Below, in pieces: positions 1-13,680 of a DNA stretch of 64,000 nt. The notes beneath the pieces were generated by a model. The model had not been told where the DNA came from, searched no databases, and was given only the letters and a program-made list of their open reading frames with translations. The stretch comes from Octopus vulgaris. Its lineage: Eukaryota. The stretch spans positions 8,246,001 through 8,310,000 of the forward strand of contig OX597843.1 in NCBI GenBank assembly GCA_951406725.2, read 5' to 3'. Position 1 is the stretch's first letter. Each line of letters starts with the position of its first letter. The position numbers were made by a program, and so were the translations under genes.

Positions 1-163
1 AGTCCATTTGAGGATGGACGCACTACATCTGACCACCACAACTGCCCAGATATTCATTGTGGTTATCAAATTTTTAGCATTCAGGTTGGATTTCAACACC
101 ATCTTTACCCTTTTTTGATACGCCTCGCTGACCTTGACTTTCATTTCCCTGTGTAAAATATCC

Positions 164-164
<1 letters not shown>
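1..164 (-). mobile_element. Dong/R4-clade non-LTR retrotransposon fragment (region just after the RT core), 5'-truncated at a (TAA)n array
   Basis: Minus frame 162->1 reads DILHREMKVKVSEAYQKRVKMVLKSNLNAKNLITTMNIWAVVVVRCSASILKWT, resembling the R4/Dong pattern EY..RV..ILKS.LN..N.I.AIN.WAV...RYS..I..WT. Abuts (ATT)n at 165. Confidence 0.75.
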
Positions 165-214
<50 letters not shown>

Positions 215-292
215 GTTATTGTTATTGTTGTTATTGTTATTGTTGTTGTTATTATTATTATTGATATTATTATTATTATTATTATTATTACT

Positions 293-460
293 TTTTTTTT
301 CTTTCAAATTTGCTCCCATTTCTTGCCGAGTGTCTTCCCGATTCCTAGGGCAAAGAAACTTATAGTATACATTGGTAGGCCATTAAACCAAACTCAATAT
401 TTCGTTCATTTAAAAAAAATTTTTTTTTAAGTTAAATTAAATACATGAGCAGCAACAGTT
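293..460 (-). mobile_element. 3' UTR of a Dong/R4-like element (same family as 28680-29200)
   Basis: Reverse complement matches ~29080-29195 (aatgaacgaa...ggcctaccaatgtatactat...gccctagga.tcgggaagacactcggcaagaaatgg...caaatttgaaag). Flanked by (ATT)n on both sides. Confidence 0.8.
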
Positions 461-464
461 CTCA

Positions 465-534
<70 letters not shown>

Positions 535-536
<2 letters not shown>

Positions 537-702
537 GTTCTGAGTTCAAATTCCGCCGAGGTCGACTTTGCCTTTCATCCTTTCGGGGTCGGAAAAATAA
601 AGTACCAGTTACACCCTGGGGTCAATATAATCGACTTAATCCCTTTGTCTGTCCTTGTTTGTCCCCTCTGTGTTTAGCCCCTTGTGGGTAGTAAAGAAAT
701 AA
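535..702 (+). mobile_element. SINE family A, 5'-truncated copy
   Basis: cgttctgagttcaaattccgccgaggtcgactttgcctttcatcctttcggggtc...gccccttgtgggtagtaaagaaata, matching the full copy at 18779-19010. Confidence 0.85.
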
Positions 703-826
703 TAATTATTATTATTATCACTATTATTATTACTATTATTATTATTATCATTATTATTATTATTATCATTATTATTATTTTTATTATTATTATCATTATT
801 ATTATTATTATCATCATCATCATTAT

Positions 827-889
<63 letters not shown>

Positions 890-892
890 TAT

Positions 893-1432
893 TGAGTGAG
901 AGAGCAGTTCATGCCATCAAAGTGACACTGGGGTAAAATATACGAAGCCCAATATACCCATCATTACTACCCGTCTGATAAGGGTACACCAGGCACATGC
1001 ATCACAATCATATGTGCGCGATATGGTGATCTCATATCAAGATAAACAGCACATGACCTTGCAGGTGGGGCCCAGTTAGAATTTTCTTCAGGTTGAGTAG
1101 TCCATCCTGCTCAAACGGTCCCTGAATAAGGGTTGTTTAAGGATGTTGAAAGAACCACCCATGTTTCCAGAGGTGAATTATCCAAACCCCAAAGAATCCC
1201 TCTCAACACATGGCTATGATGCTCCCCCACTACTTCTGCTCGTGATCAGAGATGCACATATCGTCAGCCACTAAGGGACATGCTCAACTGGTTAAGGTCA
1301 AGCAACTGACAAGCAAATCTGTGGTATTGAGCAGAATATTTGCTGTAGCCCATCTTTTATACCAAGACAAAACAATGTGTACATGATAACACTTCCAATC
1401 AGTTAAGATGATAACACTTCCAATCAGTTAAG
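893..1432. mobile_element. Unclassified ~540-bp insertion inside (ATT)n, possibly the long 3' UTR of a TAA-targeting retroelement
   Basis: Complex sequence with sharp boundaries, bracketed by (ATT)n. Its right end has a tandem duplication of gataacacttccaatcagttaaga. No ORF recognised. Confidence 0.45.
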
Positions 1433-1485
<53 letters not shown>

Positions 1486-1489
1486 CTTC

Positions 1490-1810
1490 TTTTTTATTTT
1501 TATAGCGTGCTTTCACTTCACTACCGAGCGCAGCTCTGTGTGCCTTGGGTATGTGCTGTGATTTGTTGTGATGCTCTGATGGTTATTGTATGGAAAGTGT
1601 TCTGCGTAGGATGTGTGCAGTGCCTAGTAGTGCAATTTTCTGTATGTTATATGTGTTTGTAAGTCCTGGTGTTTTTGTTATGTATTTGTCTGAATATTTT
1701 TTTATCATGCCTAATGCACCTACTATGATAGGAATTGTTTCTGTTTTCAGGTTCCACATTCTGGTTACCTCTATTTCCAGGTCTTTGTATTTTGAAAATG
1801 TCTCCATTTG

Positions 1811-1812
<2 letters not shown>
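1490..1812 (-). mobile_element. Dong/R4-like element 3' end (end of the RLE endonuclease domain plus 3' UTR)
   Basis: ORF 1583-1807 (-): KYKDLEIEVTRMWNLKTETIPIIVGALGMIKK...IQKIALLGTAHILRRTLSIQ*, a typical R4/Dong C-terminus. Flanked by (ATT)n. Confidence 0.85.
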
Positions 1813-1862
<50 letters not shown>

Positions 1863-2285
1863 TCTTTTTTATTTTTATAGCGTGCTTCCTTTCACTTCAC
1901 TACCGATGCTGCAGCTCTGTTGTGCCTTGGGTAATATTTTTTTGTGCTGTGATTTGTTGTGATGCTCTGGGCTTTGTATGGTTATTGTATGGATTTTTAT
2001 AGCCTAGTGCTTCCTGTACTTCACTGTTTGTAAGTCCTGGTGTTTTTTGTTATGTATTTGTCCATGCCTTATTTTTTTACTCTGCCATTAAGACTTGTTT
2101 CTGTTTTCAGATTCCACATTAACGTTACCTCTATTTCCAGGTCTTTGACGGACTCTCTGGTACCTTGGAGTACGCGTGTGTGCAGTGCCTAGTAGTGCAA
2201 TTTTCTGTATGTTATATGTGTTTGTAAGTCAGCCACATCTGGTCTTTGTATTTTGAGAGTTTCTCCATTTCTTTTAGAGACACGT
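1863..2285 (-). other. Scrambled mosaic copy of the 1490-1812 element
   Basis: Made of short shuffled and indel-ridden pieces of 1495-1810 (e.g. gtgtgcagtgcctagtagtgcaattttctgtatgttatatgtgtttgtaagtc; gttacctctatttccaggtctttg). Confidence 0.65.
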
Positions 2286-2294
2286 TGTCATGCT

Positions 2295-2554
2295 GGTAGT
2301 GATGGTAGCAGTAGTAGTAGTACAAGTAGTAGGAGTAACGGTAGTAGTAGTAATAGTAGCAGCAGCAGTAGCAGTAGTAGTAGTTGTAGTAGTAGTAGTA
2401 GTAGCACGAGTTGTAGGAGTAGCGGTAGTAGGAGTATTAGTAATAGTAGTAGTAATAGTAGCAGCAGCATCAGTAGCAGCAGTAGTAGTAGTAGTAGTAG
2501 TAGTAATGATGGTAGCAGTAGTAATAGTAGTTGTAGTAGAAGTAGTACTATTAG

Positions 2555-2600
<46 letters not shown>

Positions 2601-2695
2601 GTAATAAGTAGTAGTAGTAGTAGCATTATATGTAGGAGTAGCGGTAGTAGTAGTATTAGTAGTAGTAGCAATAGTAGCAGCAGCAGCAGGGGTAA

Positions 2696-2737
<42 letters not shown>

Positions 2738-2764
2738 CAGTAGTAGCAGCAGCAGCAGGGGTAA

Positions 2765-2814
<50 letters not shown>

Positions 2815-2815
2815 T
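2295..2815. repeat. Compound (AGT)n/(AGC)n/(AAT)n microsatellite
   Basis: Directly visible. Source of the spurious poly-Ser/poly-Leu ORFs. Confidence 0.95.
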
Positions 2816-3074
2816 CACTTGTAAAGAAAAAAAAGGAAAACTACGAAAACAAAAACAAAAGATCACAAACCCAAACACACTGAAAAACCCCCAAAAAAAA
2901 ACAAAAAAAAACAAAAACAGAACAAAAATCGATGAAGTAAACAATATTTCTTTTCAATAAATATCTTCGATCGATGATTATTAATTACAATATCGATCTT
3001 GCAGCGTACAAACGACACAATCAGACGGTTCACCTCAAACACCGCACCTTAACACTTGCTTCTATATATACGCC

Positions 3075-3157
<83 letters not shown>

Positions 3158-3448
3158 ACACGTACACACACACATATATATACATATATGCACATATATA
3201 TGCACACATATATACACACACATATACAAGCATATATACACATACGTATATATACATATACACACACATATACATACATACATATATGCACATATATATA
3301 CACATATATACACGCATATATACACGCATATATATATACACACACATATACAAGCATATATACACTCACATATACAAGCATATATACACACACATATACA
3401 CACATATACACACACATATACACACACATATACACGCATATATACACA

Positions 3449-3548
3449 NNNNNNNNNNNNNNNNNNNNNNNNNNNNNNNNNNNNNNNNNNNNNNNNNNNN
3501 NNNNNNNNNNNNNNNNNNNNNNNNNNNNNNNNNNNNNNNNNNNNNNNN
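3449..3548. other. Assembly gap (100 N)
   Basis: Run of n characters. Confidence 0.99.
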
Positions 3549-3699
3549 CAATGGCGAGAGGGAATAATGAAATGATGAAATAAAACAACGGAGATGAAAG
3601 ACTTGTTTCGATATGGTAACTCGATGTGCTAAAAATGGCAGCTAAATATTACCTCGACACACACGGCCTGCTGTCATGTTATCAATATCACTTATTTAA

Positions 3700-3867
3700 A
3701 GATGGCGGCCAACGGGCAGAATCGTTTCCGCGTCGGAACAAACTGCTTAGCGGCATTTTACCAGTCTTTACGTCCTGAGTTCAAGTTCCGCCGAGGTCGA
3801 CTTAGCTTTCAACCTTTCGGGTCCGACGAAATAAATACCAGTTTCGCACTAGGGTCCATGTAATCGA
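3700..3867 (+). mobile_element. SINE family A, diverged copy
   Basis: ggcagaatcgtt...gtcctgagttcaagttccgccgaggtcgacttagctttcaacctttcggg...ctgggtccatgtaatcga. Confidence 0.75.
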
Positions 3868-4047
3868 TTGTGCTTGTTTTTTTTATTCTTTTCTTTGTAA
3901 GCCTGGTTTTTTTTCTATCGATCACTTTCAACGAACCGCTACGTTACGGGAACGTAAACACACCAACATCGGTCGTCAAGCGATGGTGGAGGTACACAGA
4001 CACAGAAACACACAAACACACACAAACACACACACACACACACACGC

Positions 4048-4117
<70 letters not shown>

Positions 4118-4131
4118 GAAAGAAGACCGTC

Positions 4132-4189
<58 letters not shown>

Positions 4190-4352
4190 GCACGACGGGC
4201 TTCTTTCAGTTTCCGTCTGCCAAATTGACTCACAAGATTTGGTCGAACCAAGGCTATTATAGAAGATACATGCCCGAGGTTCCAGACAGTAGGACTGAAC
4301 CCGGAGCCATGTGGTTGGTAAGCAAGCTACTTACCACATAGTCACTCCTGTA

Positions 4353-4354
<2 letters not shown>
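3868..4354 (-). mobile_element. SINE family B (tRNA head + CORE-like body + internal TA/CA microsatellite + 3' module), near full length
   Basis: Head at 4190-4354 is the reverse complement of ...gtggtaagtagcttgcttaccaaccacatggctccgggttcagtcc... The 3' module at 3870-4010 matches 13195-13404. Confidence 0.8.
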
Positions 4355-4386
<32 letters not shown>

Positions 4387-4419
4387 GTAATAAATAAAAT
4401 ATATGCATACATACAAACA

Positions 4420-4930
4420 TATATGTACGTACCGACATCTACATGTATATATACATGCATATATAAATATATATACGTACAGGACATCATAGGAAGACGA
4501 AAAAATCAACAGAACGAAAACGGAAAGGACATTTTGTTACAACAGAAGGACAGAGACGTGGAACAAGACGAGACGAAAACGAAAACGGGAAAAACAATTA
4601 TGTGCAACAGAAAAACGAAGTACAGGACATGCTGCACAAGGAAAAATCCCCTTCATCAGCTGTCGCTAGCAGACACGTGTTTCGAAGGCAGAGACAGAAC
4701 ACGTAAGTATAGCTAGGCCTTCCTACGAGAGAATTAAAATAAAATAAACTCGTAGAGGGGTAAACGAGCAAGAAAAAATGTAACACAAAAAGGGACGTAA
4801 CAAAGAACTGCACAAAAAAATACATACAAGAAAAAAATACAAATTTAAAGATACATGTACAAGAAAATACATAACGAGAATTAAATTACAATAGAAAATC
4901 AAAAATAAACAAGAGAACAAACGAAAAAGA
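4420..4930 (-). mobile_element. TA-embedded non-coding element carrying a permuted hammerhead-like motif (family also at 41847-42030 and 49450-49700)
   Basis: Shares ccttcgaaacacg...cagctgatgaagggga and the tail cctgtac...atatgcatgtatatatacat.tagatgt.ggta with the other two copies. Confidence 0.55.
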
Positions 4931-5213
4931 CGAACAGGCCTTTGTTCTGGCTGGGACGAGAAGGTAACTGGCGAGCGCGAGGAAACATGACCTTAGGGCC
5001 TGAATGCAACAGGCGTGTGTATGTGTGTGTGTGTGTACACTTACAAAGTGAGCAAAAGTGTATGTACGCCGCTATATGATTATATAAATCCAAAAATGAA
5101 ACAAGAACGTAACAGAAGATAATAAAGATAAGGACAGATAGACGATACGGAGATGGAGAGGAAAACAGCAAAAAGAGAGACAGACGGACAGACAGACAGA
5201 CTGACAGACAGAC

Positions 5214-5262
<49 letters not shown>

Positions 5263-5303
5263 CATACATATACTCATCTATATTTACATATATTTATGTG
5301 TGT

Positions 5304-5362
<59 letters not shown>

Positions 5363-5756
5363 CTGCAAAAATCATTTTTTTTCGCTATTTATTTACGAAT
5401 TCGGTCTTGACGTTGGTCTTAACATCAGTCGTAATGGCCGCCGCCGAAAGCCACCATTGACGGTTGTCAGTTGAATTTCCATGATAAAAATGACACGGCC
5501 ATGTTTGTGTTGTATCGAATGGATCAAAGAAATGAATTGATTAATTGATTAATTGATTAACAGGTCAATTTATGAGTGAGAGAGTGAGTAGAGAAAGAGA
5601 GAGATTGGTAGAAAGAGAGGGAGAGAGAGGGGGAGGGAGGGATGGAGGGTGATAGGAAGCATGGTATGAATATGAGTGTAAATAATTTTCTGAGATTCGC
5701 TTTTCTATCTGCATTGGCAATAAATGCGGACGAAAAAGGAGCAACGAGTAAAATTG

Positions 5757-6652
5757 TAGGCGTGGTTGTGTGGTAAGTAGATTGCTTACCGGCCACATGG
5801 TTCCGGGTTCAGTCCCACTGCGTGGCACCTTGGGCAAGTGTCTCCTACAACAGCCCCAAGCCACGCCGGGCGAAATCCTTTGCAGTATTTCGTCTGTCGC
5901 TACGTTCTGAGTTGAAATACCGCCGGGGTCGACTTTGCCTTTCATCCTTTCGGGGTCGATAAATTAAGTACCAGTTACGCACTGGGGTCGATGTAATCGA
6001 CTTGATACCTACGTCTGTCCTTGTTTGTCCTCTCTGTGTTTAGCCCTTTGTGGGTAGTAAAGAAATAGGTATTTCGTCTGTCCTCACGTTCTGAGTTCAA
6101 ATTCCGCCGGTGTCGACTTTGCCTTTCATCCTTTCGGGGTCGATAAATTAAGTACCAGTTACGCATTGGGGTCGATATAATCGACTTAATACCTATGTCT
6201 GTCCTTGTTTGTCCTCTCTGTATTTAGCCCCTTGTGGGCAGTAAAGAAATAGGTATTTCGTCTGTCGTTACGTTCTGAGTTCAAAATCCGCCGGGGTCGA
6301 CTTTGCTTTTCATCCGTTCGGGGTCGATAAATTAAGTACCAGTTACGCACTGGGGTCGATGTAATCGACTTAATACCTATGCCTGTCCTTGTTTGTCCCC
6401 TCTATATTTAGCCCCTTGTGGGTATTAAAGAAATAAGGAAACTGAAGCCCGTCGTATGTGTGTGTGTGTGCGTGTGTGTGTGTGTGTGCGTGTGTGTGTT
6501 TGTGCGCCACCCCACCATCGCTTGACCACTGATAGAAGAAGTACTAGGCGTACAAAGAATAAGTCTTAGGGGTCGATTTGTTTCACTAAAGGCGGTGCTC
6601 CAGCATTGCCGCAATCAAATGACTGAAACAAGGAAAATAGTAAAAGAGTAAA
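5757..6652 (+). mobile_element. SINE B interrupted by a three-unit tandem array of SINE A (184-bp period)
   Basis: B head at 5757-5850. A units start with tatttcgtctg at 5886, 6070 and 6254. B resumes at ~6437 (ggaaactgaagcccgtcg) and runs to its tail at ~6650. Confidence 0.85.
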
Positions 6653-6768
6653 GGGGAGTGTTATACAAAATAATGTACGGTATAAAGACTAAAGACACAT
6701 CATTCGTAGCCTTCTTTCATCAGTCAAGTTTACCAGAAGTATATATATATATATACATACATACATAT

Positions 6769-7030
6769 ATATTGTTATATTTCGAATGGTCATTTTGTCA
6801 GTTTAGCCAATAAAAACACACGCACTATATATTTGGTGTTATTTTGCTTCAGTGTTATTTATTTTTTACATTAATCTTAATCTTATTTCGGCCAGAGTTC
6901 TTTCGTCACACTCCTGTGACCGCATCAGTGGTCCTTTGTTTTCTTCTTTCTTATTTGTGTCTCTCCTTACTAACCGTCAGCCATTATTGGCTAAACTGGC
7001 AAAATGACCATTCCGAAATATAACAATATC
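6769..7030. mobile_element. Foldback element with ~46-bp inverted ends enclosing a hammerhead-like motif
   Basis: atattgttatatttcgaatggtcattttgtcagtttagccaataa (~6769-6813) versus ttattggctaaactggcaaaatgaccattccgaaatataacaatat (~6984-7029). Confidence 0.7.
6892..6931 (-). ncRNA. Minimal type I hammerhead-like motif (variant core)
   Basis: Minus strand: cca-CUGAUGCG-GUCACA ggag UGUGAC-GAAA-GAAC-UC-ugg. Stem I cca/ugg, 6-bp stem II. Confidence 0.5.
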
Positions 7031-7082
7031 TGTCTCAACACACAACTTCACATAAAAAATCTTGCACAACAAATATATCAAC

Positions 7083-7155
<73 letters not shown>

Positions 7156-7354
7156 TCTAGTAGACTTATTACTACTCGCTATAGGGACTGGTAACCACTA
7201 TAACCTGAAGTGGAGTACAGTCAACACGTTGTGCTGAGGCTGACTAAAGAAATTTATTTTTAGCTATATCTGGGGTACTTATATGTACTCAAGGTTTTTG
7301 CTTCGGCTTTTTCTAGGGGCGCATGTAAGTATCTTATTTATATTCTTTCGTATG

Positions 7355-7414
7355 TTCTACTGAATAGGAAAGAATCTTTTATGAGATTAATTCCGAAATT
7401 GATTCAATATAGAA
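7355..7414 (+). ncRNA. Type I hammerhead-like motif (G8->U)
   Basis: uucua-CUGAAUA-GGAA...UUCC-GAAA-UUG auu CAA-UA-uagaa. Perfect 5-bp stem I; stems II and III pair. Confidence 0.55.
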
Positions 7415-7578
7415 ATAATGAACTTTTTTTTTAAATTCTATCGGCCGGCTTCCCCGATTTCAGTTCTTCGTGTTTTTTTCTGTAGCGAGTAAATAATATG
7501 TGGAAATTGACGATTTGATAGTCTGTTATCAGCATATTGGCATTGAAATAATTTTCTTTAGCCCTTACTTATAAGTTG

Positions 7579-7644
<66 letters not shown>

Positions 7645-7788
7645 TTTAATTTGATTTGAAAACCCCACTAGAATGGGAGAAAGCGCTAATAATCTGAATG
7701 ATATGATATATATATATATGTAAAAAATGTAATATATAAATAAATATCTATAAATATGAACCATCCGATCTTCTGATTACCTCATTTC

Positions 7789-7828
<40 letters not shown>

Positions 7829-8074
7829 AGTGTGTGTGTGGTATGTGTGTGTGTGTCTTTCCTACGATGGTTTTTGTTAAGCGGCGTCGATTTGGTTTTA
7901 TATTATATATAATAATAATTATTTGTTAATTATGTATTGGTTTATGTCTATCACTGTTTGAGTTGCATAATAGTGGTTTTATCTCTAATTCATATTTTAT
8001 AAATTTTATACTGTGAAATTTGATTTAATACTAAATTGAATTTTTCCCTGTAAGTTTGGAGTTATACTCCCTAA

Positions 8075-8106
<32 letters not shown>

Positions 8107-8119
8107 GTGCAATTTAATA

Positions 8120-8960
8120 GTCTCTCTCTCTCTCTGCCTTTCTTGCTTTACCCTTTCTATTTTCTGTGCTTCTCTCTTTCATTCTTGTGTCTTTCCCGCT
8201 TCTCACCCTCACTTTATTATTATATTCATGCTCTCTTTACCTCCTCTCTTTCCCCCTCCTCCTCCTCCTCATCTCTCTCTCTCTCTCTCTCTTCAATTCA
8301 GTGGCTTCCTTCCTCTAGAATCTTTCTCTGTCACTCCCACTCACTCTTCCCCCTCTCTCTCTCTTCCCTCTTTCTCTCTCTCTCTCTCTCTCTCTGCACA
8401 TCATTAACGAACTCTCAGTTCCCCTTTCTCTCCCAATCCTTCTTTCTTCCTCTCTCTGTCTACCTCTCTCTCTGGCTCACTAACTCTCTTCTTTTCCTCT
8501 CACACTTCTTTTCTTTCGTCTTTCTTTACCATCTCCCTATTTTACTTGTCTGTCTTTCTCTTTCCCTCGCTTTCTTTCTCTCTCTCTCTCTCTCTCTGTA
8601 TTTATCTCTCCCGTTCTCCTCTCTCCCTCTCCCTCTCTCTTACTGTAACACTCTTTCTTACTCTGTCTTCTTCTCTCACTCTCCCTCTCTCTTACTTCAC
8701 ACTCTTTCTTCCTCTCTCTTCTTCTCTCTCTCTTCATATCTACTTCTCTTTGTCCCCTCCCTCTTTCTCTCGCTTCCTTATTCTTTCCTTCTCTCTCTTA
8801 TTCTTTCCTTCTCTCTCTTCGTCTTTCCTTCATTCCCTCTCTCTATCTCCTTCACTCTCTTCTCTCCTCTCTTTCTCTTTCTCCCTGCAGCTCTCCGACC
8901 CACTTCCAGTTCCTCTCCTCCCTCACTCCCCCTTCTTCACCTTTTCTTCCTTTTTCTCTC
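8120..8960. repeat. Polypyrimidine (CT-rich) low-complexity tract
   Basis: About 840 bp of degenerate (CT)n/(CTT)n. Confidence 0.9.
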
Positions 8961-9475
8961 TATTATGAACCACATTCTCATTAACGCCACCGAAACAAAT
9001 CCCACCACGACCGCCACCACCGCCACCACCGCCACCACCACCACCAACAACAACAACAACACAACCGACAGTAACAACAACAACAGCAACAACAACGCTT
9101 CACACGAACTAGTACCTCTGCCCTACCATCCAACCATCCAACCATCCATCTATTCAACCGACCCACCGACAAACCGGCCAGCCAAGCCGATCGAGCAACC
9201 AGTTCCATTCTCTTCGGTTTTATTCCTACCTCGCCTTACAACCTTCTCGAACACCACCGCACATCATCGACCCCCCCACCGCCACCATTACCACAATCGC
9301 AACACCACCCGTTCTTCCACCCGACCACCACCCTACGTCCATACATTAACTTCCGTTGTATTCATATTTTAATTAACATATTTTCACAAAATCTTTCCTG
9401 TCATACGGCCGCCATTGCTGCCGACGTTGCTGCCGACGCCACCGCTGCGAGCGTACGCGCCTTCGCCGTCACCGC

Positions 9476-9520
<45 letters not shown>

Positions 9521-9532
9521 TTTCTTTCTTTT

Positions 9533-9626
<94 letters not shown>

Positions 9627-10789
9627 TCCTCCTTCTTAATCCTCTTCTTCTTCTTTGTCTTCTTCTTCTTCTTCTTCTTCTTCTTCGTCATCGTTGACGA
9701 CATCAAGACCACGTTCATAATCATCGCCACAAATCATCATCATCATCATCATCATCATCACAGAAAAGACATCATTATCATTATCATCGTCATCACCATC
9801 ATAATCAACATCATCCTCATCATCGTCATCATCATCAATATTCTATTCATCATCACCATCATCATCATGAACAACCTCATTCACATCATTACCCTCATCA
9901 TCAACAACCTCATCCACATCATTACCACCATCATTACTATCATCATCATCACCATCATCATCATCATATCATCAATACCATCATCTTCATCGTCCTCATC
10001 GTCATCATCATCATTACCATCCTCATCCTCATCACACACACAACCCCTCCTCCTTCCCGTCATCACCATACCCTCTTCTTCGCCTACTTCACTCGCCACA
10101 CCTTATCTTACCCACTTCCTTCCTTCCTTCCTTTCCTTCCTTCCTTCCTTTCCTTCCTTCCTTCCCTCTTGCCCTTCCTTCCTTCCTTTTTCCCCTCCCA
10201 TCCTTCCTCTTCGTATGAACTCCCTAACATAAAGTCTCACTTCTCTTTCCATATATATATATATATATTCCTCAATATGTCTCGCTACAAACAATACATA
10301 TATACACCTATATATTATGCGTATATATGTATATAAAACGTATATATGAATGAGCCTTGTGCTCTTTCAAATGGTTTCTTCTTCTCTCTCCTTCGCATAT
10401 CTCATCTCTCTCCGTACATTTCTTCTTCGATGTCTTTTTCCGAGGCTTTTCTCTCTTCCCTATATCCGGCCTCTCTCGGTTTCTCTCGAGACCTCAATCT
10501 CTCAATCGCTTCCTCTCTCTCTCTTTCTCTCTCTTTCTCCCTTTCTTTCTTTCTTTCTATCTTTTCCATTGTTTCTCACCCTCAAATACATATACCCTCT
10601 ATTGTCTTCCACTCACCAACCCTCTCTATACCAGGTTTATGTATGTGTGTGTGTGTGTGTGTATCTATGTATGTATGTGTTGGTGGATGTGCGAATGGAG
10701 TCAGATTCATACAAACGTATACACAATTATGCACATACATATATAATCTTGTGTCTATCATCTATCTATCGCTTTTACTCTCACTCCCC

Positions 10790-10886
<97 letters not shown>

Positions 10887-10930
10887 AGCCGTATACATTG
10901 ACACAAATAATCACACACACACACACACAC

Positions 10931-10987
<57 letters not shown>

Positions 10988-11086
10988 AATCTATACAATA
11001 TACGTATAAAACCATGTATGACCACACTTATAGCAATAGTGACTTAAATACACATATAACCTTTACATACATATATATATATATAT

Positions 11087-11164
<78 letters not shown>

Positions 11165-11576
11165 ATACGCCATATTTCCCGCTTTCCAACCCAACACTCA
11201 GCACCCGACCTGCGGTCAATGGCGAAGACACCACCACACCGACCCATCTCCTCCCACCACTCATTATGATCACGGTCGCCATTTTCTTTGTTTCATTTTC
11301 CGTTCGACACTTCGGCTATTTGTCTCGGTTGTCGTTTCTTTGAATGCGGTTGTATGAATGTATAATATGTATGTATTTGTATGTGTTTGTGTGTTTGTGT
11401 TCACGTGTATATAGACCGACATATATTTATGTATGTGTACATGCATACACATACATACACACACACATATAAGAGAGGGACGAGTGAGTTGTATATTCTG
11501 GAGAGATACTCGTACAATTTTGCATAAACGAATTTATATGTGTATATACATACACATTCATTTACATATTCTATAC

Positions 11577-11632
<56 letters not shown>

Positions 11633-11635
11633 GAT

Positions 11636-11701
<66 letters not shown>

Positions 11702-11721
11702 GTCTATATACATACACACAC

Positions 11722-11757
<36 letters not shown>

Positions 11758-12074
11758 GTCTATATTATACACACACACAGACATATATATATATATATAT
11801 GTCTATAAATATATACACACACAGGTATATATAAGTGTGTGCATATGCAAGTATATGTTTATGTGTATACATATATATATATATGTGTATACATATGTAC
11901 ATACATATGCATATGCTAAAAGGCTGTGCTCCAGTATGGCCGCAGTCAAAGTGACTGAAACATGTAAATGAATATAAGAATTTAAAACACTACGATTTAT
12001 ATAGAAATACATTTAAATTTGCGCGTAAATACGATTAGTATGGCCACACAAAAGCAGTGAATATATACATACAT

Positions 12075-12169
<95 letters not shown>

Positions 12170-12170
12170 G

Positions 12171-12210
<40 letters not shown>

Positions 12211-12211
12211 G

Positions 12212-12319
<108 letters not shown>

Positions 12320-12645
12320 TACGGGTGTGTGTGATTATGTATAGAAGAATATATTAATAAAAGGAATTTCAACCTTGTCTGATTTTCACGTTTTATTTAC
12401 AATCTTATAATGATATATTATTAGATAATATAATATAATAAAATTAAATAGAATAGTAGAATGTTAAATGTTCATTCTGATTGAACTAGTACTTTCATGC
12501 ATTAAATTCTGCAATCTTCAGGTTCAATATATATATTGGTGTATAAGTCCATATATATATATATATTGTGTGTATACATTAATATGTATATTCAGTGGCG
12601 TCATCGCGTATAATATACATTCGCAATGGATTTTTCACTCCGCCT

Positions 12646-12697
<52 letters not shown>

Positions 12698-12861
12698 GGT
12701 ATTGATTGTATTAATACCATACCACTCAGAAGTTGGTGAAAATGGCTGTAAGACGAGACCCAGGGTAGTTCAAACACCTTCAACTCTCTCTCTCTCACAC
12801 ACACACTCACACGCACAGGCATGGACACACACACACATACACACGGATACACGCACACACA

Positions 12862-12895
<34 letters not shown>

Positions 12896-12997
12896 TACAT
12901 CTATATTTATACTCACAAGTACGCATACCTGCCAACACACATATCTATTACTCTACCCATACCGCTGAGAGTCTTAAAGTCTAACGTTTCGAGTGTA

Positions 12998-13065
<68 letters not shown>

Positions 13066-13091
13066 CATATATATACATATATATACATATA

Positions 13092-13168
<77 letters not shown>

Positions 13169-13194
13169 GTATATATATGTAAGTGTGCGTATTT

Positions 13195-13404
13195 GTTTGT
13201 GAGTCTGTGTTTGTCCTCCCCAACATCGCTTGACAACCGATGCTGGTGTGTTTACGTCCCCGTAACTTAGCGGTTCGGCAAAAAGAGACCGATAGAATAA
13301 GTACTAGGCCTACAAAGAATGAGTCCTGCGGTCGATGTGCTCGACCTAAGGCGGCGCTACAGCATGGCCACAGTCAAATGACCAGAATAAGTAAAAGAGA
13401 AAAA
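13195..13404 (+). mobile_element. SINE B 3' module
   Basis: tttgtcctccccaacatcgcttgacaaccgatgctggtgtgtttacgtccccgtaacttagcggttcggcaaaagagaccgatagaataagtactagg...cagcatggccacagtcaaatgac. Confidence 0.85.
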
Positions 13405-13633
13405 GATATATATATATATATTTTATTACACTCAACTTTAAATTTGCGGCTATTATGCTTCCTCCCTACAAGAAACCACCACGTTGAGACTAGTAATAGA
13501 CAATTATGAACTTTTTTATTACACTTAAGGTTTTAAAATATTTTTAATAAGGCTCGTTTTTTCAAGAAGAACCGAAACATGTAAAATTTCTAAGAAAATT
13601 AGAATTTATCTTATATAGTGGCGTTTTCAAACT

Positions 13634-13678
<45 letters not shown>

Positions 13679-13680
<2 letters not shown>

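Noticed and set aside
2253-2960. 235-aa Ser-rich ORF and the antisense poly-Leu ORF
   Set aside because: Translation of (AGT)n microsatellite.
8056-9372. 438-aa ORF
   Set aside because: Translation of CT-rich and (ACC)/(AAC) low-complexity DNA; no domain or splice evidence.
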